A DNA stretch of 64,000 bases. Source: Candidatus Limnocylindrales bacterium. Lineage in GTDB: Bacteria; Chloroflexota; Limnocylindria; Limnocylindrales; CSP1-4. This document shows positions 39,920 to 48,378 of the stretch, one piece after another. Made by a program: the position numbers and the translations under genes. Each line of letters starts with the position of its first letter. The stretch's first letter is position 1. Under the pieces are notes generated by a model. The model made no database searches, was not told where the DNA came from, and saw nothing but the letters and a program-made list of their open reading frames with translations. The stretch lies in the NCBI GenBank assembly GCA_036556145.1, contig DATBKB010000013.1:1951-65950 (forward strand), written 5' to 3'.

Positions 39920-39968
39920 GACTCGGTCGCCCGAGTCCCGTGGCTTTGCGTCCCCGGGTCGCCCCGGG
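39920..39968. other. two tandem hairpins sharing a GGGCGACC core in the leader of the 36-aa ORF
   Basis: Plus-strand gactcgg-tcgc-ccgagtc (39920-39937) and cccggg-tcgc-cccggg (39953-39968). In the minus-sense RNA both loops read GCGA (GNRA type). On the plus strand the second hairpin is followed by TTTGCCTTTG. Confidence 0.5.
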
Positions 39969-40104
39969 TTTGCCTTTGTCGACCGGCTACCCGGCCCGCG
40001 ACGCTCGTCGCACCGCCGACTCTACGCCGCTCCGGCGGAGCCGCACCACGGCAATGGTCCCAACGGGCGTGACGAGAAAGGATCGCGGCCGGGCAGCGTG
40101 GGCC

Positions 40105-41325
40105 TCACGAGCGCCGGAGGAGCGCGCCGAGACCTTTCGGCCGTCGCTCGGGCTCCGCCTTCGTCGGGGCGCCCTGCTCGGCGAAGGCGAGATCGGCGAG
40201 CTTGAGCAGCTGGCCGGCCGCCCCGGACTTCGGCGCCCCCGTCACGACCGGGACGCCTTCATTCACCGCCTTCAGGTAGCTGACCGGGTCGTACGGCAGC
40301 TCGAGGGCGACCTTCGTCCCGAGCGCGTTCTCGATGTCCCGCAGCCGCAGCAGGTCCCGGCCGAAGGTGTTGTTCACGACGAACAACGACTTCTCCGCGA
40401 TGGAGCCGGTCTCGTTCAGGTGCTCGACGAGCGCGCGCATCGAGCGCAGGGCGGCGATGTCCGGGTTGACCGGCAGGATCACGGTGTCCGCGGCCGCAAA
40501 GATCGCGAGCGTCCGTTCGTCGAGGGCCGAGCCGGCGTCGACCACGACCTCGTCGTACCACTCAAGGGCGGTCTTGAGGAGTTGCTCGACGTGCGCGGCC
40601 TCGATGGCCTCGCCGGTGTCCGGCGTGGGCGGCGACGCCAGGACGTGCAGGCCCGTGTCGTGCCGCATGGCGTAGGTCCGCAGGAGCGCCGGCTCGCCGA
40701 GCGCGGACTCGTCGCGAACCAGCTCCGCGAGCGTGTGCTTGACCTCGAGGTTGAGGTGTGCGGCCGCCTGGCCGAACTGGAGGTCGAAGTCGATGAGGAT
40801 GACCTTGTCGGGCTGCTCGAGGGCCTGGGCCATCGCGACGTTCACGGCGATCGTCGTCGTCCCGACGCCGCCCTTCGGGCTGAACGTGGCGACGGTTCGG
40901 CGGCGCTTCGGGAGGACGCCATCGGGCCCGGTGAGCGGGACGAGGTCGCGCGATCGCTGGTAGCGCAGCAGGAGGGCCTCGACTCGTGCCTCGAGCTCGC
41001 GCGCGTCGAACGGGCGGGCCATGACGTCGTCGGCCCCGACCTCGAGGAACTGGATCCGCTCCTCGACCTGGTCGGTCGCGCTGATGCACAGCACCGCGAT
41101 CCCGGACATCACCGGGATGGTCCGGAGCTCGCGGCACACGTCCAGGGCCGTGCGCGAGCCGCCGACGACGTCGAGGATCACGAGCTGGTGCTCGGCCACA
41201 TGGCCGAAGGCCTCGTCCGGGTCGATGAAGCTCGTGACGGCATAGCCAAGGTTCACGAGGGTGTTCGAGATGACGTCGCCTGAGGCGAGGTCGTTCTCGA
41301 TCAGCAGGATGCTGCTTGCGGGCAC
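40105..41325 (-). CDS. TadZ/CpaE-like protein: atypical receiver domain plus ParA/MinD-type ATPase domain with a lysine-less Walker A
   Basis: The GTG at 41325 follows GGAGG. Receiver-like region: ILLIENDL...LVILDVV...VLCISAT...VMARPF. ParA-like region: ATFSPKGGVGTTTIAVNVA...LIDFDLQFG...VVVDAG. Confidence 0.8.
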   Translation of the reverse strand: MPASSILLIENDLASGDVISNTLVNLGYAVTSFIDPDEAFGHVAEHQLVILDVVGGSRTALDVCRELRTIPVMSGIAVLCISATDQVEERIQFLEVGADDVMARPFDARELEARVEALLLRYQRSRDLVPLTGPDGVLPKRRRTVATFSPKGGVGTTTIAVNVAMAQALEQPDKVILIDFDLQFGQAAAHLNLEVKHTLAELVRDESALGEPALLRTYAMRHDTGLHVLASPPTPDTGEAIEAAHVEQLLKTALEWYDEVVVDAGSALDERTLAIFAAADTVILPVNPDIAALRSMRALVEHLNETGSIAEKSLFVVNNTFGRDLLRLRDIENALGTKVALELPYDPVSYLKAVNEGVPVVTGAPKSGAAGQLLKLADLAFAEQGAPTKAEPERRPKGLGALLRRS

Positions 41326-41450
41326 GAGGCCTCCGGGTCGCTCGGACGGGCGCCGGGCGGGCGCGGACAGGCGAGAGGATACACAAGGCCCGATCCCGCT
41401 CGGCGGCCTACCGGAAGTCCCAGACGGGCGGCGTCGGAGGTCCCGCGTGC

Positions 41451-41456
41451 TAGACT
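41451..41456 (+). promoter_or_regulatory. putative -10 (TGCTAGACT context) for rpsF-ssb-rpsR
   Basis: cgTGCTAGACTca lies about 75 nt upstream of the rpsF ATG, which has an AGGAAGGA Shine-Dalgarno. Confidence 0.45.
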
Positions 41457-41531
41457 CAGGGTCCCTTTCGGCTCCGCCCCGGCCATTGGCCGCCCAGCGG
41501 GGCATTCCCACAGGAAGGAGCGTCCTCGCGC

Positions 41532-41966
41532 ATGCGCCGATACGAACTCATGCTCGTGCTCCGTCCGGACGTGCCGGACGACCGGAGCCAGGCGGTCATC
41601 GACCGCACCACCCGCCAGGTCGTGGCCGGCGGCGGCCAGATCGTCAAGGTCGCCCCCTGGGGCCGCCGGCGGCTTGCCTATCCCATCGACCGCCACCGGG
41701 AAGGCTCGTACCACATCGTCGTCTTCGAGGCGCCGTCCGAGCTGGTCGGGGAGCTCGAGCGGGGCCTGCTCATCACCGAGGAGCTCCTCCGTCACCTCGT
41801 CACGCGGGTCGAGCGGCCGGTCCGCGCGGCACGGCGCGACGGGGCGGCCGGCGAGGCGTCCGAGGAGGAGAGCCTGCCCTCCGCCGAGGAGGAGGTCGAC
41901 GAGGACGACGGCCGCGAGCGGATCGACGAGTCGGAGAGCGAGGCGGCCCCGGCCGCCATCGAGTAG
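41532..41966 (+). CDS. rpsF: 30S ribosomal protein S6, with an acidic C-terminal extension
   Basis: MRRYELMLVLRPD...WGRRRLAYPI...GSYHIVVFEA. It ends in a Glu/Asp-rich tail of about 45 aa. Confidence 0.95.
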   Translation: MRRYELMLVLRPDVPDDRSQAVIDRTTRQVVAGGGQIVKVAPWGRRRLAYPIDRHREGSYHIVVFEAPSELVGELERGLLITEELLRHLVTRVERPVRAARRDGAAGEASEEESLPSAEEEVDEDDGRERIDESESEAAPAAIE

Positions 41967-41980
41967 GGAGAGGGCCTGCC

Positions 41981-42430
41981 ATGGCGCTGTGCAAGGTCAT
42001 GATCATCGGCAACCTGGGGTCCGATCCCGAGATGCGGTACACGCCCAACGGCCGGGCCGTGACGCAGTTCAACGTCGCCGTCAACCAGAGCACGAAGAAC
42101 CAGCAGACCGGCGAGTGGGTCGAGGAGACCGACTGGTTCCGGGTCACCGTCTGGGGCGACCGCGCCGAGCGGATGGCCGAGAGCCTCCGAAAGGGCAACA
42201 AGGTCTTCGTCGAGGGCCGCTTCCGGACCCGCCAGTTCGAGGGCCGCGACGGCCAGACCCGGACCGCCCTCGAGATCACCGCCGACAGCATCGTCAACCT
42301 CGAGCGACGCCCGCGCGAGGGCGATGCCTCGTTCACCGCCCCGTCGGGCAACGGCGACCTCGCCGCGACCCGGTCGGCGCCGGCACGGAGCGGCGGCGAC
42401 GACACCGAGCTCGACGACCTGCCGTTCTGA
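41981..42430 (+). CDS. ssb: single-stranded DNA-binding protein
   Basis: An in-frame ATG at 41981. KVMIIGNLGSDPEMRYTPNGRAVTQFNVAVN...WFRVTVWGDRAE...KVFVEGRFRTRQFE...; the acidic tip is DDLPF. Confidence 0.96.
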   Translation: MALCKVMIIGNLGSDPEMRYTPNGRAVTQFNVAVNQSTKNQQTGEWVEETDWFRVTVWGDRAERMAESLRKGNKVFVEGRFRTRQFEGRDGQTRTALEITADSIVNLERRPREGDASFTAPSGNGDLAATRSAPARSGGDDTELDDLPF

Positions 42431-42494
42431 CCACCTGATCCCGACCACCGCGACGACCGCGACCACCTGACCGACCGAGGAGACCGCACCGACC

Positions 42495-42761
42495 ATGCCC
42501 CCTGCCAGATCCAGGAAGCGCGACGACTACTACCGCGACCGACGTCGCCGGAAGGTCTGCGCGTTCTGCGCCGACAAGACCGTCCAGATCGACTACAAGG
42601 AAGTCAACCGACTCCGCCGGTACCTCTCCGAACGCGCGAAGATCGAGCCGCGGCGGAAGACCGGGACCTGCGCCGGCCACCAGCGCGAGCTGGCGATCGC
42701 CCTGAAGCGGGCCCGCCACGTCGCGCTCCTGCCGTACGCGCCGCAGCACCTGCGCCCGTAG
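42495..42761 (+). CDS. rpsR: 30S ribosomal protein S18
   Basis: [60 protein letters not shown]. Confidence 0.95.
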   Translation: MPPARSRKRDDYYRDRRRRKVCAFCADKTVQIDYKEVNRLRRYLSERAKIEPRRKTGTCAGHQRELAIALKRARHVALLPYAPQHLRP

Positions 42762-42792
42762 CGCCCCTCCCGGCCGTCACGTGAGCTGATCC

Positions 42793-43617
42793 GTGGCCGT
42801 CGGGTTGCTCATGGTCGCCGGCGGCGCGGCTGCCGGCCTGTTCGGATCGCTGCTCGGGCTCGGCGGCGGAATCCTCATCGTTCCGCTGCTGACGCTCGGC
42901 TTCGGGCTGGATCTCCGCGAGGCCGTCGGCGTGTCGCTCGTCGCCGTCATCGTGACGAGCGGTGCCTCGGCCGGTGTCTATCTCCAGCGCCACGTCGCGA
43001 ACCTCCGGCTCGGGATGACGCTCGAGCTCTTCACCGCGGTCGGTGCGCTCATCGGCGGGCTCATCGCGTTCCTGCTCTCGGAGCAGGTCCTGGCGGGCCT
43101 CTTCGCGGCGATGCTCATCTACGTCGCGGTCGCGATGCTCCGCCCGCGCGCCGACGCGGCAGCCGCCGCGGGGGACCCGCCGGCGCCCGAAGCCGAGCCG
43201 GCAGCGCCCTCGCTCGGCGTCGACCTCGGCGGCCCGGGCTACACGATCCGGCGATTCCGGCTGGGCGCGGTGGGGAGCGTTCTCGCCGGCGTCACGTCGG
43301 CCCTTCTCGGCGTCGGCGGTGGGCTCGTGAAGGTGCCGGTCATGCACCTCGTGATGGGCGTCCCACTGCGGACGGCGACGGCGACGAGCAACCTCATGAT
43401 CGGCGTGACGGCATCGGCGAGCGCGATCATCTACGTCCTGCGGGGCGAGGTCGACCCGCTCGTGGCCGGCCCGACCGCGATCGGCGTCTTCCTCGGCGCG
43501 ACGCTTGGGTCGCGTACGGCGCACCGCGTCGACCTGCGGATCCTGCGTTGGCTGTTCGTCGTCGTCCTGCTCTACACCGCCGTCCAGATGGTCCGGCGGG
43601 CCCTGGCGCTGGCATGA
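42793..43617 (+). CDS. TauE/SafE (DUF81) family anion exporter
   Basis: 274 aa, about 8 TM segments. GSLLGLGGGILIVPLL and LLGVGGGLVKVPVM are the duplicated TauE motifs. Confidence 0.85.
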   Translation: MAVGLLMVAGGAAAGLFGSLLGLGGGILIVPLLTLGFGLDLREAVGVSLVAVIVTSGASAGVYLQRHVANLRLGMTLELFTAVGALIGGLIAFLLSEQVLAGLFAAMLIYVAVAMLRPRADAAAAAGDPPAPEAEPAAPSLGVDLGGPGYTIRRFRLGAVGSVLAGVTSALLGVGGGLVKVPVMHLVMGVPLRTATATSNLMIGVTASASAIIYVLRGEVDPLVAGPTAIGVFLGATLGSRTAHRVDLRILRWLFVVVLLYTAVQMVRRALALA

Positions 43618-44006
43618 CGAACACGCCGGCTCGCGCGTCCGCCGGAGCCGCCTCACCCGCCGCCGAGCGCCTCGACGTCGTCATCGCCCGGCTCCTGACC
43701 GTCGGCACCTACGCTTCGGTGGCTTCGCTGGCGGTCGGCGTCGGGCTGCTGCTCGCCGCGGGTCGGTCGCCCCTCGAGGGCGGTCCGGCGCTCGACGCCG
43801 GCCGGCTGGTCGGCGACGTCGTGGCCCTCCGGCCGGAGGGATTCCTGTGGCTGGGGCTCATCGTCGCGATCGCGACGCCGAGCGCGCGGGTGGCCGCGTC
43901 GCTCGTCGGGTACCTTCGGACCGGCGAGCGAACGATGGCGCTCGTCTCGATCCTCATCCTCGCGGTGATCGCCGTCAGCGTCATCGCCTCGGCCGCGGAG
44001 GGCTGA
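43614..44006 (+). CDS. DUF1634-like small membrane protein
   Basis: The ATG at 43614 overlaps the TauE stop (ATGA). It has 3-4 TM segments, and the pairing with a TauE gene is a known arrangement. Confidence 0.65.
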   Translation: MTNTPARASAGAASPAAERLDVVIARLLTVGTYASVASLAVGVGLLLAAGRSPLEGGPALDAGRLVGDVVALRPEGFLWLGLIVAIATPSARVAASLVGYLRTGERTMALVSILILAVIAVSVIASAAEG

Positions 44007-45074
44007 GTGGACATCCTGATCCTCGTCATCTCGTTCGTCGTCATCCTCGTCGGCGCCGAGCTGTTCACGAACGGCATCGAGTGGTTCGGCAAGAAGCTCG
44101 AGCTCGCCGAAGGCGCCGTCGGCAGCGTCCTGGCCGCGGTGGGTACGGCGCTGCCCGAGACGATGATCCCGATCATCGCGATCCTCTTCGCCGTCGGCGG
44201 TTCGGAGGCGTCGTCCCACGCGGTGGGCATCGGCGCGATCCTCGGTGCGCCGTTCATGCTCGCGACGCTCGCGATGTTCGTCACCGGCGTCGCGGTCCTG
44301 ATCGTGGCCCGGCAGCGCCCGTCGGGCGACCGCATGCCGGTCGACACGAAGGTCCTCGCCCACGACATGCGGTACTTCGCGATCGCCTACGCCCTCGCCG
44401 TCGGCGCGGCCTTCCTGCCGCTCGATCCGGTCTGGCCGAAGTGGGTCGTCGCGGTGGTCCTCATCGCGATCTACGCGTGGTACGTCAAGGCCCACTTCGA
44501 GGCCGACGTCGACGTCGATGCCGTGGACCTCGCTCCGCTGCGCTTCCGCCGGCTGGATCGCTCCGGCCATGCGGCCGATCCGGCCGTGCCACGGCTGCGC
44601 GTCGTGAACGTCCAGGTTCTCGCCGCGCTCGGGTTCATCATCGCCGGCGCCTGGTTCTTCGTCGGCGCGGTCGAGCACCTCGCGACGACGCTCGGCGTGG
44701 ACGAGGCCCTGCTCGCGCTCGTCATCGCGCCCATCGCCACGGAGCTGCCGGAGAAGTTCAACTCGGTCATCTGGGTCCGCCAGGGGAAGGACACGCTGGC
44801 GATGGGCAACATCACCGGCGCGATGGTGTTCCAGTCGACGATCCCGACGGTCGTCGCCCTGGTCTTCGCGTCCTCGGCCTGGCACATCGGACCGGGGACG
44901 TACACGGCGTTCGCCTCGGCCGGCATCGCCTTCGTCTCGTCGGCGGCGATCTTCCTGCCGATGGCCCGACGAGGGGTGCTGCGCGGGCGGACGCTGCTCG
45001 TCGGCGGCGTCTTCTACGTGGCGTACCTGGCGATCGTCGTGGCCGTCATCACCGGGGCATTCGGGGCGGGCTGA
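44007..45074 (+). CDS. sodium/calcium exchanger (CaCA) family membrane protein
   Basis: GAELFTNGIEWFGKKL...GSVLAAVGTALPETMIPI and a second alpha-repeat, IAPIATELPEKFNSVIW...GNITGAMVFQSTI. Confidence 0.85.
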   Translation: MDILILVISFVVILVGAELFTNGIEWFGKKLELAEGAVGSVLAAVGTALPETMIPIIAILFAVGGSEASSHAVGIGAILGAPFMLATLAMFVTGVAVLIVARQRPSGDRMPVDTKVLAHDMRYFAIAYALAVGAAFLPLDPVWPKWVVAVVLIAIYAWYVKAHFEADVDVDAVDLAPLRFRRLDRSGHAADPAVPRLRVVNVQVLAALGFIIAGAWFFVGAVEHLATTLGVDEALLALVIAPIATELPEKFNSVIWVRQGKDTLAMGNITGAMVFQSTIPTVVALVFASSAWHIGPGTYTAFASAGIAFVSSAAIFLPMARRGVLRGRTLLVGGVFYVAYLAIVVAVITGAFGAG

Positions 45075-45187
45075 CGGCCATCGCCGGCGGCTGCCGGGTC
45101 GGTCCGGGGCACTCGGGTGGGGAGGGCCGGGAGGGGGCCGCTGGTATACTCGGCCATCGCTCGAGCCCTAGCCAGGGAGCGCTCCGA

Positions 45188-46186
45188 ATGCTCACGAAGA
45201 AGCCCTCCGAGACCGCGCCGAAGACCGCGGCCGCCAGCCACGGCGCCACGCCCGCGCGGTCGCTCGACGACCTGACGTGCTACTTCGAGGGCCGGTTCGT
45301 CCGCCTCGGCGACGCGAACGTCAACATCATGACCCACGCGTTCATGTACGGAACGGCGACGTTCGAGGGCATCCGGGCGTACTGGAGCGAGGAGCGCCGG
45401 ACCCTCTTCGGGCTCTTCGTCCGGGAGCACGTCGAGCGGATCCGCAACTCGTGCCGGATCCTGCTGATCGACCCGGTGCCCTCGGTCGACGAGCTGACCG
45501 GCCTCATCGTGGACACCGTCCGCCGGAACCGCTTCCGGGAGGACGTGTACATCCGTCCGTCGTTCTACAAGTCGACGCGGGCGATCGGCGTGCGGCTGCA
45601 CAACCTCGAGCACCAGCTGTACATCATCTCGATCCCGTTCGGCAACTACATCGACACCGAGGCTGGTGTCCGCGTCCAGACGTCCTCGTGGCGGCGGAAC
45701 GCGGACGAGGCACTGCCGGCTCGCGGCAAGATCGTCGGCGGGTACGTCAACATGGCCTTCCAGAAGTCCGAGGCCGAGCTCAACGGCTACGACGAAGCGG
45801 TGGTCCTGACCCCGGACGGCCACGTCAACGAGGCGTCGGCCGCGAATCTCTTCGTCGTTCGCGATGGCGTCTGCCTGACGCCGCCGGTCTCGGACGACAT
45901 TCTCGAAGGGGTCACCCGCAAGGCGATGCTCCAGCTGCTCGCCGACGAGGGCGTCCCGACCGAGATCCGCTCGATCGACCGCAGCGAGCTCTACATCGCC
46001 GACGAGATGTTCCTGTGCGGCACGGGCGTCCAGGTGTCGCCGGTGGTCGAGATCGACCACCGCAAGATCGGGTCCGGCTCCGTCGGGCCGATCACGCGGG
46101 CGGTCAAGGACCGCTACTTCGACGCCGTGCGCGGCCGGCTGCCCCAGTACGAGCACTGGCTGACGCCGATCCCCGAGGGTGGCTGA
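45188..46186 (+). CDS. ilvE: branched-chain amino acid aminotransferase
   Basis: An in-frame ATG at 45188, with AGGGAG upstream. FMYGTATFEGIRAY, ARGKIVGGYVN, EASAANLFVVRDG and EGVTR show the fold-type IV PLP pattern. Confidence 0.9.
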   Translation: MLTKKPSETAPKTAAASHGATPARSLDDLTCYFEGRFVRLGDANVNIMTHAFMYGTATFEGIRAYWSEERRTLFGLFVREHVERIRNSCRILLIDPVPSVDELTGLIVDTVRRNRFREDVYIRPSFYKSTRAIGVRLHNLEHQLYIISIPFGNYIDTEAGVRVQTSSWRRNADEALPARGKIVGGYVNMAFQKSEAELNGYDEAVVLTPDGHVNEASAANLFVVRDGVCLTPPVSDDILEGVTRKAMLQLLADEGVPTEIRSIDRSELYIADEMFLCGTGVQVSPVVEIDHRKIGSGSVGPITRAVKDRYFDAVRGRLPQYEHWLTPIPEGG

Positions 46187-48035
46187 CCGAGCCGAGGGGC
46201 TCGAGGCCGCGAACGCGGCACTGACCGTCGAGGAGCCGCCATCGCGATCCCGCGAGGACGCGGGCGGCGGGATCCTGCCCTCGGCGGAGGTCCGGCGGGC
46301 TCTCGAGCGTCCCGAGCCGCGGGACCCGGCCGATTCGTCGACTGCCCGCCCCGCGGACGACGGCGCGGTCGTGGAGGGCGCGACACCACGCCGGCTGCCG
46401 GCGCTCCAGCGGGTGCTCGAGGTCGTCCCGGGCCTCGTGACCTGGGCGCTCATCCTCTCGCCGCTCGTCCTCTCGCTGCGCGTCCCCGAGGTCGTCGCCT
46501 GGGCGGTCCTGACGTTCGACTTCTACTGGTTCTACAAGGCGCTGATGCTCACCGGCAGCGTCACGGTGTCGTTCCTCCGCATCCGCAAGGTCATGGCCGT
46601 CGACTGGCGGACCCGTGCGTTCTCGCTGGCCGACCTGCCCGGCCGGCTGGAGCAGCTGGACCGCCTGATCCCGGCCGTCAGGGCCCGAATCGAGCAGCTC
46701 GAGGCGGCCGGCGAATCGCTCGCGGCCCGTGGCGGCCGGCTGGAGCTGGCCCGATTGCGCGACGAGCGCAAGGACGTCCAGCGGCTGCTCGCCCGGCGCG
46801 GCGACACGGTCGGTGACCCGGGCCGCCTGTGGCACGTCGCCCTCGTGCCGACCTACACCGAGCCGTTCGAGAAGCTCCGCGAGACGATCCGCGCGCTGGC
46901 GGACGCCGACTACCCGCGCGAAAGGAAGATGGTCGCGATCATCACCCGCGAGACGGACCTGACCGGCCGGCGGAACGTGGCCCGGCTGCGCGAGCTCTTC
47001 GGCGACAAGTTCCTCCACTTCTTCCACATCCTCGACCCGCTCGAGCCCGGGATCGTCGTCGGCAAGTCGTCGGCGATGGCGTACGGCGGTCGGTGGCTGT
47101 ACCGGGAGCTCGTCGGGCTCGGCTTCGACCCGAGCGATGTCGTCGTCACGGACCTCGACTCCGACTACCGGGTCCACCCGCAGTACTTCGGCTACCTGAC
47201 GTGGACGTTCCTGACGGACCCGGACCGCTTCCGGCGCCTCTACCAGCCCGTCCCGATGTTCCACAACAACCTGTGGGACACGCCGATCCCGGTGCGACTC
47301 GTGGCGATCGGGGCGACGCACGTCCAGATGTGGCGCTCGCTGACACCCGAGAAGCTCGTGTCGTTCTCGTCGTACTCGGTCTCGCTGCAGACCGTCCACG
47401 AGGTCGACTACTGGGCGACCGACGCGATCCCCGAGGACAGCCGCTTCTACTGGAAGTCGTTCTTCCGCTATTCGGGCGAGTTCCAGGCGGTGCCGCTGTT
47501 CATCCCGATGTACGGCGACGCGGTCCGCGCCCGCTCCTACCCACGCACCCTCGTGCAGCAGTACACGCAGATCCGGCGCTGGGCATGGGGCGTGACGGAC
47601 ATCCCGTACTACATCCGGAATGCGTTCAGTCATTCGGAGATCCCGCGCTGGACTCGGGTCAGGCGCCTCGTCGACCTGTGGCTCGACCACATCAACTGGG
47701 CGATCGCGCCGTTCGTCATCCTCTTCGGGTCGAACGTCCCGCTGCTCCTCAATCCGCAGTTCGCGCAGACGACCCTCGGGCAGAACCTGCCCCTCTACGC
47801 GGCGTGGCTGCTGACCGGCGCGTTGTGCTGCCTGCTCGTGCTCATCTACGTCGAGGAGCAGATCGCGCCACCCCGGCCCGCGACGTGGGGCTGGCTCCAG
47901 CGCGTCGCGTCGTGGCTCCAGTGGATCCTGCTGCCGGTCGTCGGGCTCATCTTCTCGAACCTCCCGGCGCTCGATGCGCAGACGCGGCTCATGACGGGGC
48001 GGTACCTCGAGTACCGGGTGACCGAGAAGTCCTGA
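46179..48035 (+). CDS. membrane-embedded processive GT2-like glycosyltransferase
   Basis: 618 aa; overlaps ilvE by 8 nt. N-terminal TM pair, a coiled-coil-like segment, then VPTYTEP..., VTDLDSD, QxxRW (QIRRWAWG) and C-terminal TM segments. Confidence 0.7.
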   Translation: MADRAEGLEAANAALTVEEPPSRSREDAGGGILPSAEVRRALERPEPRDPADSSTARPADDGAVVEGATPRRLPALQRVLEVVPGLVTWALILSPLVLSLRVPEVVAWAVLTFDFYWFYKALMLTGSVTVSFLRIRKVMAVDWRTRAFSLADLPGRLEQLDRLIPAVRARIEQLEAAGESLAARGGRLELARLRDERKDVQRLLARRGDTVGDPGRLWHVALVPTYTEPFEKLRETIRALADADYPRERKMVAIITRETDLTGRRNVARLRELFGDKFLHFFHILDPLEPGIVVGKSSAMAYGGRWLYRELVGLGFDPSDVVVTDLDSDYRVHPQYFGYLTWTFLTDPDRFRRLYQPVPMFHNNLWDTPIPVRLVAIGATHVQMWRSLTPEKLVSFSSYSVSLQTVHEVDYWATDAIPEDSRFYWKSFFRYSGEFQAVPLFIPMYGDAVRARSYPRTLVQQYTQIRRWAWGVTDIPYYIRNAFSHSEIPRWTRVRRLVDLWLDHINWAIAPFVILFGSNVPLLLNPQFAQTTLGQNLPLYAAWLLTGALCCLLVLIYVEEQIAPPRPATWGWLQRVASWLQWILLPVVGLIFSNLPALDAQTRLMTGRYLEYRVTEKS

Positions 48036-48310
48036 GCCGGGACCGGCCGCGGGTGCGCGCCCGCGCGCTCCAATGCCGGCCCCACTCCAGTGCCGCGGCC
48101 GTCCAGGGCCCGCGGCCCTTCAGGACGCCCGGGCCTCCAGTGCCAGCGAACCGTCACATGCTCACCAGGCGAGCGTTAACCAGCAACTCCGGGCTGCAGC
48201 GGGCGAGTCCACGCACAAGGCTCCTGTCAGATGCTCCCCTCACGAGCAGGTGACGGAACTTCTCGAGATACCGCTCGCCAGGCGGTCAATTGAGAGGAAC
48301 CCGGGGCGAG

Positions 48311-48370
48311 GACGCCCAAGGACGCCCAAGGACGCCAGAGGATGCCCAACGACGCCCAAAGACGACGCCC
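48311..48370. repeat. about 6 x 10-bp tandem repeat (GACGCCCAAG consensus)
   Basis: The units are gacgcccaag, gacgcccaag, gacgccagag, gatgcccaac, gacgcccaaa and gacgacgccc, ending 8 nt from the LCP stop codon in a convergent intergenic region. Confidence 0.85.
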
Positions 48371-48378
48371 AGGGAGGC

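Noticed and set aside
41261-41980. Long N-terminal extensions offered by the ORF track for ssb (41261), tpiA (29996), gpmI (31864), ilvE (43505), the permease (9763), GH116 (10833), pyrF (25786), def (58965) and the hypothetical at 57305.
   Set aside because: The extensions overlap the preceding well-supported genes and translate to low-complexity Arg/Pro sequence. Conserved N-termini begin at internal ATG/GTG codons, usually with GTGA/ATGA coupling or an SD.
42431-42494. A GACC-rich low-complexity stretch (cgaccaccgcgacgaccgcgaccacctgaccgaccg) between ssb and rpsR, considered as a possible regulatory repeat.
   Set aside because: It is short, imperfect and within an operon spacer that ends in a normal GAGGAG SD. 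Nothing distinguishes it from compositional bias.
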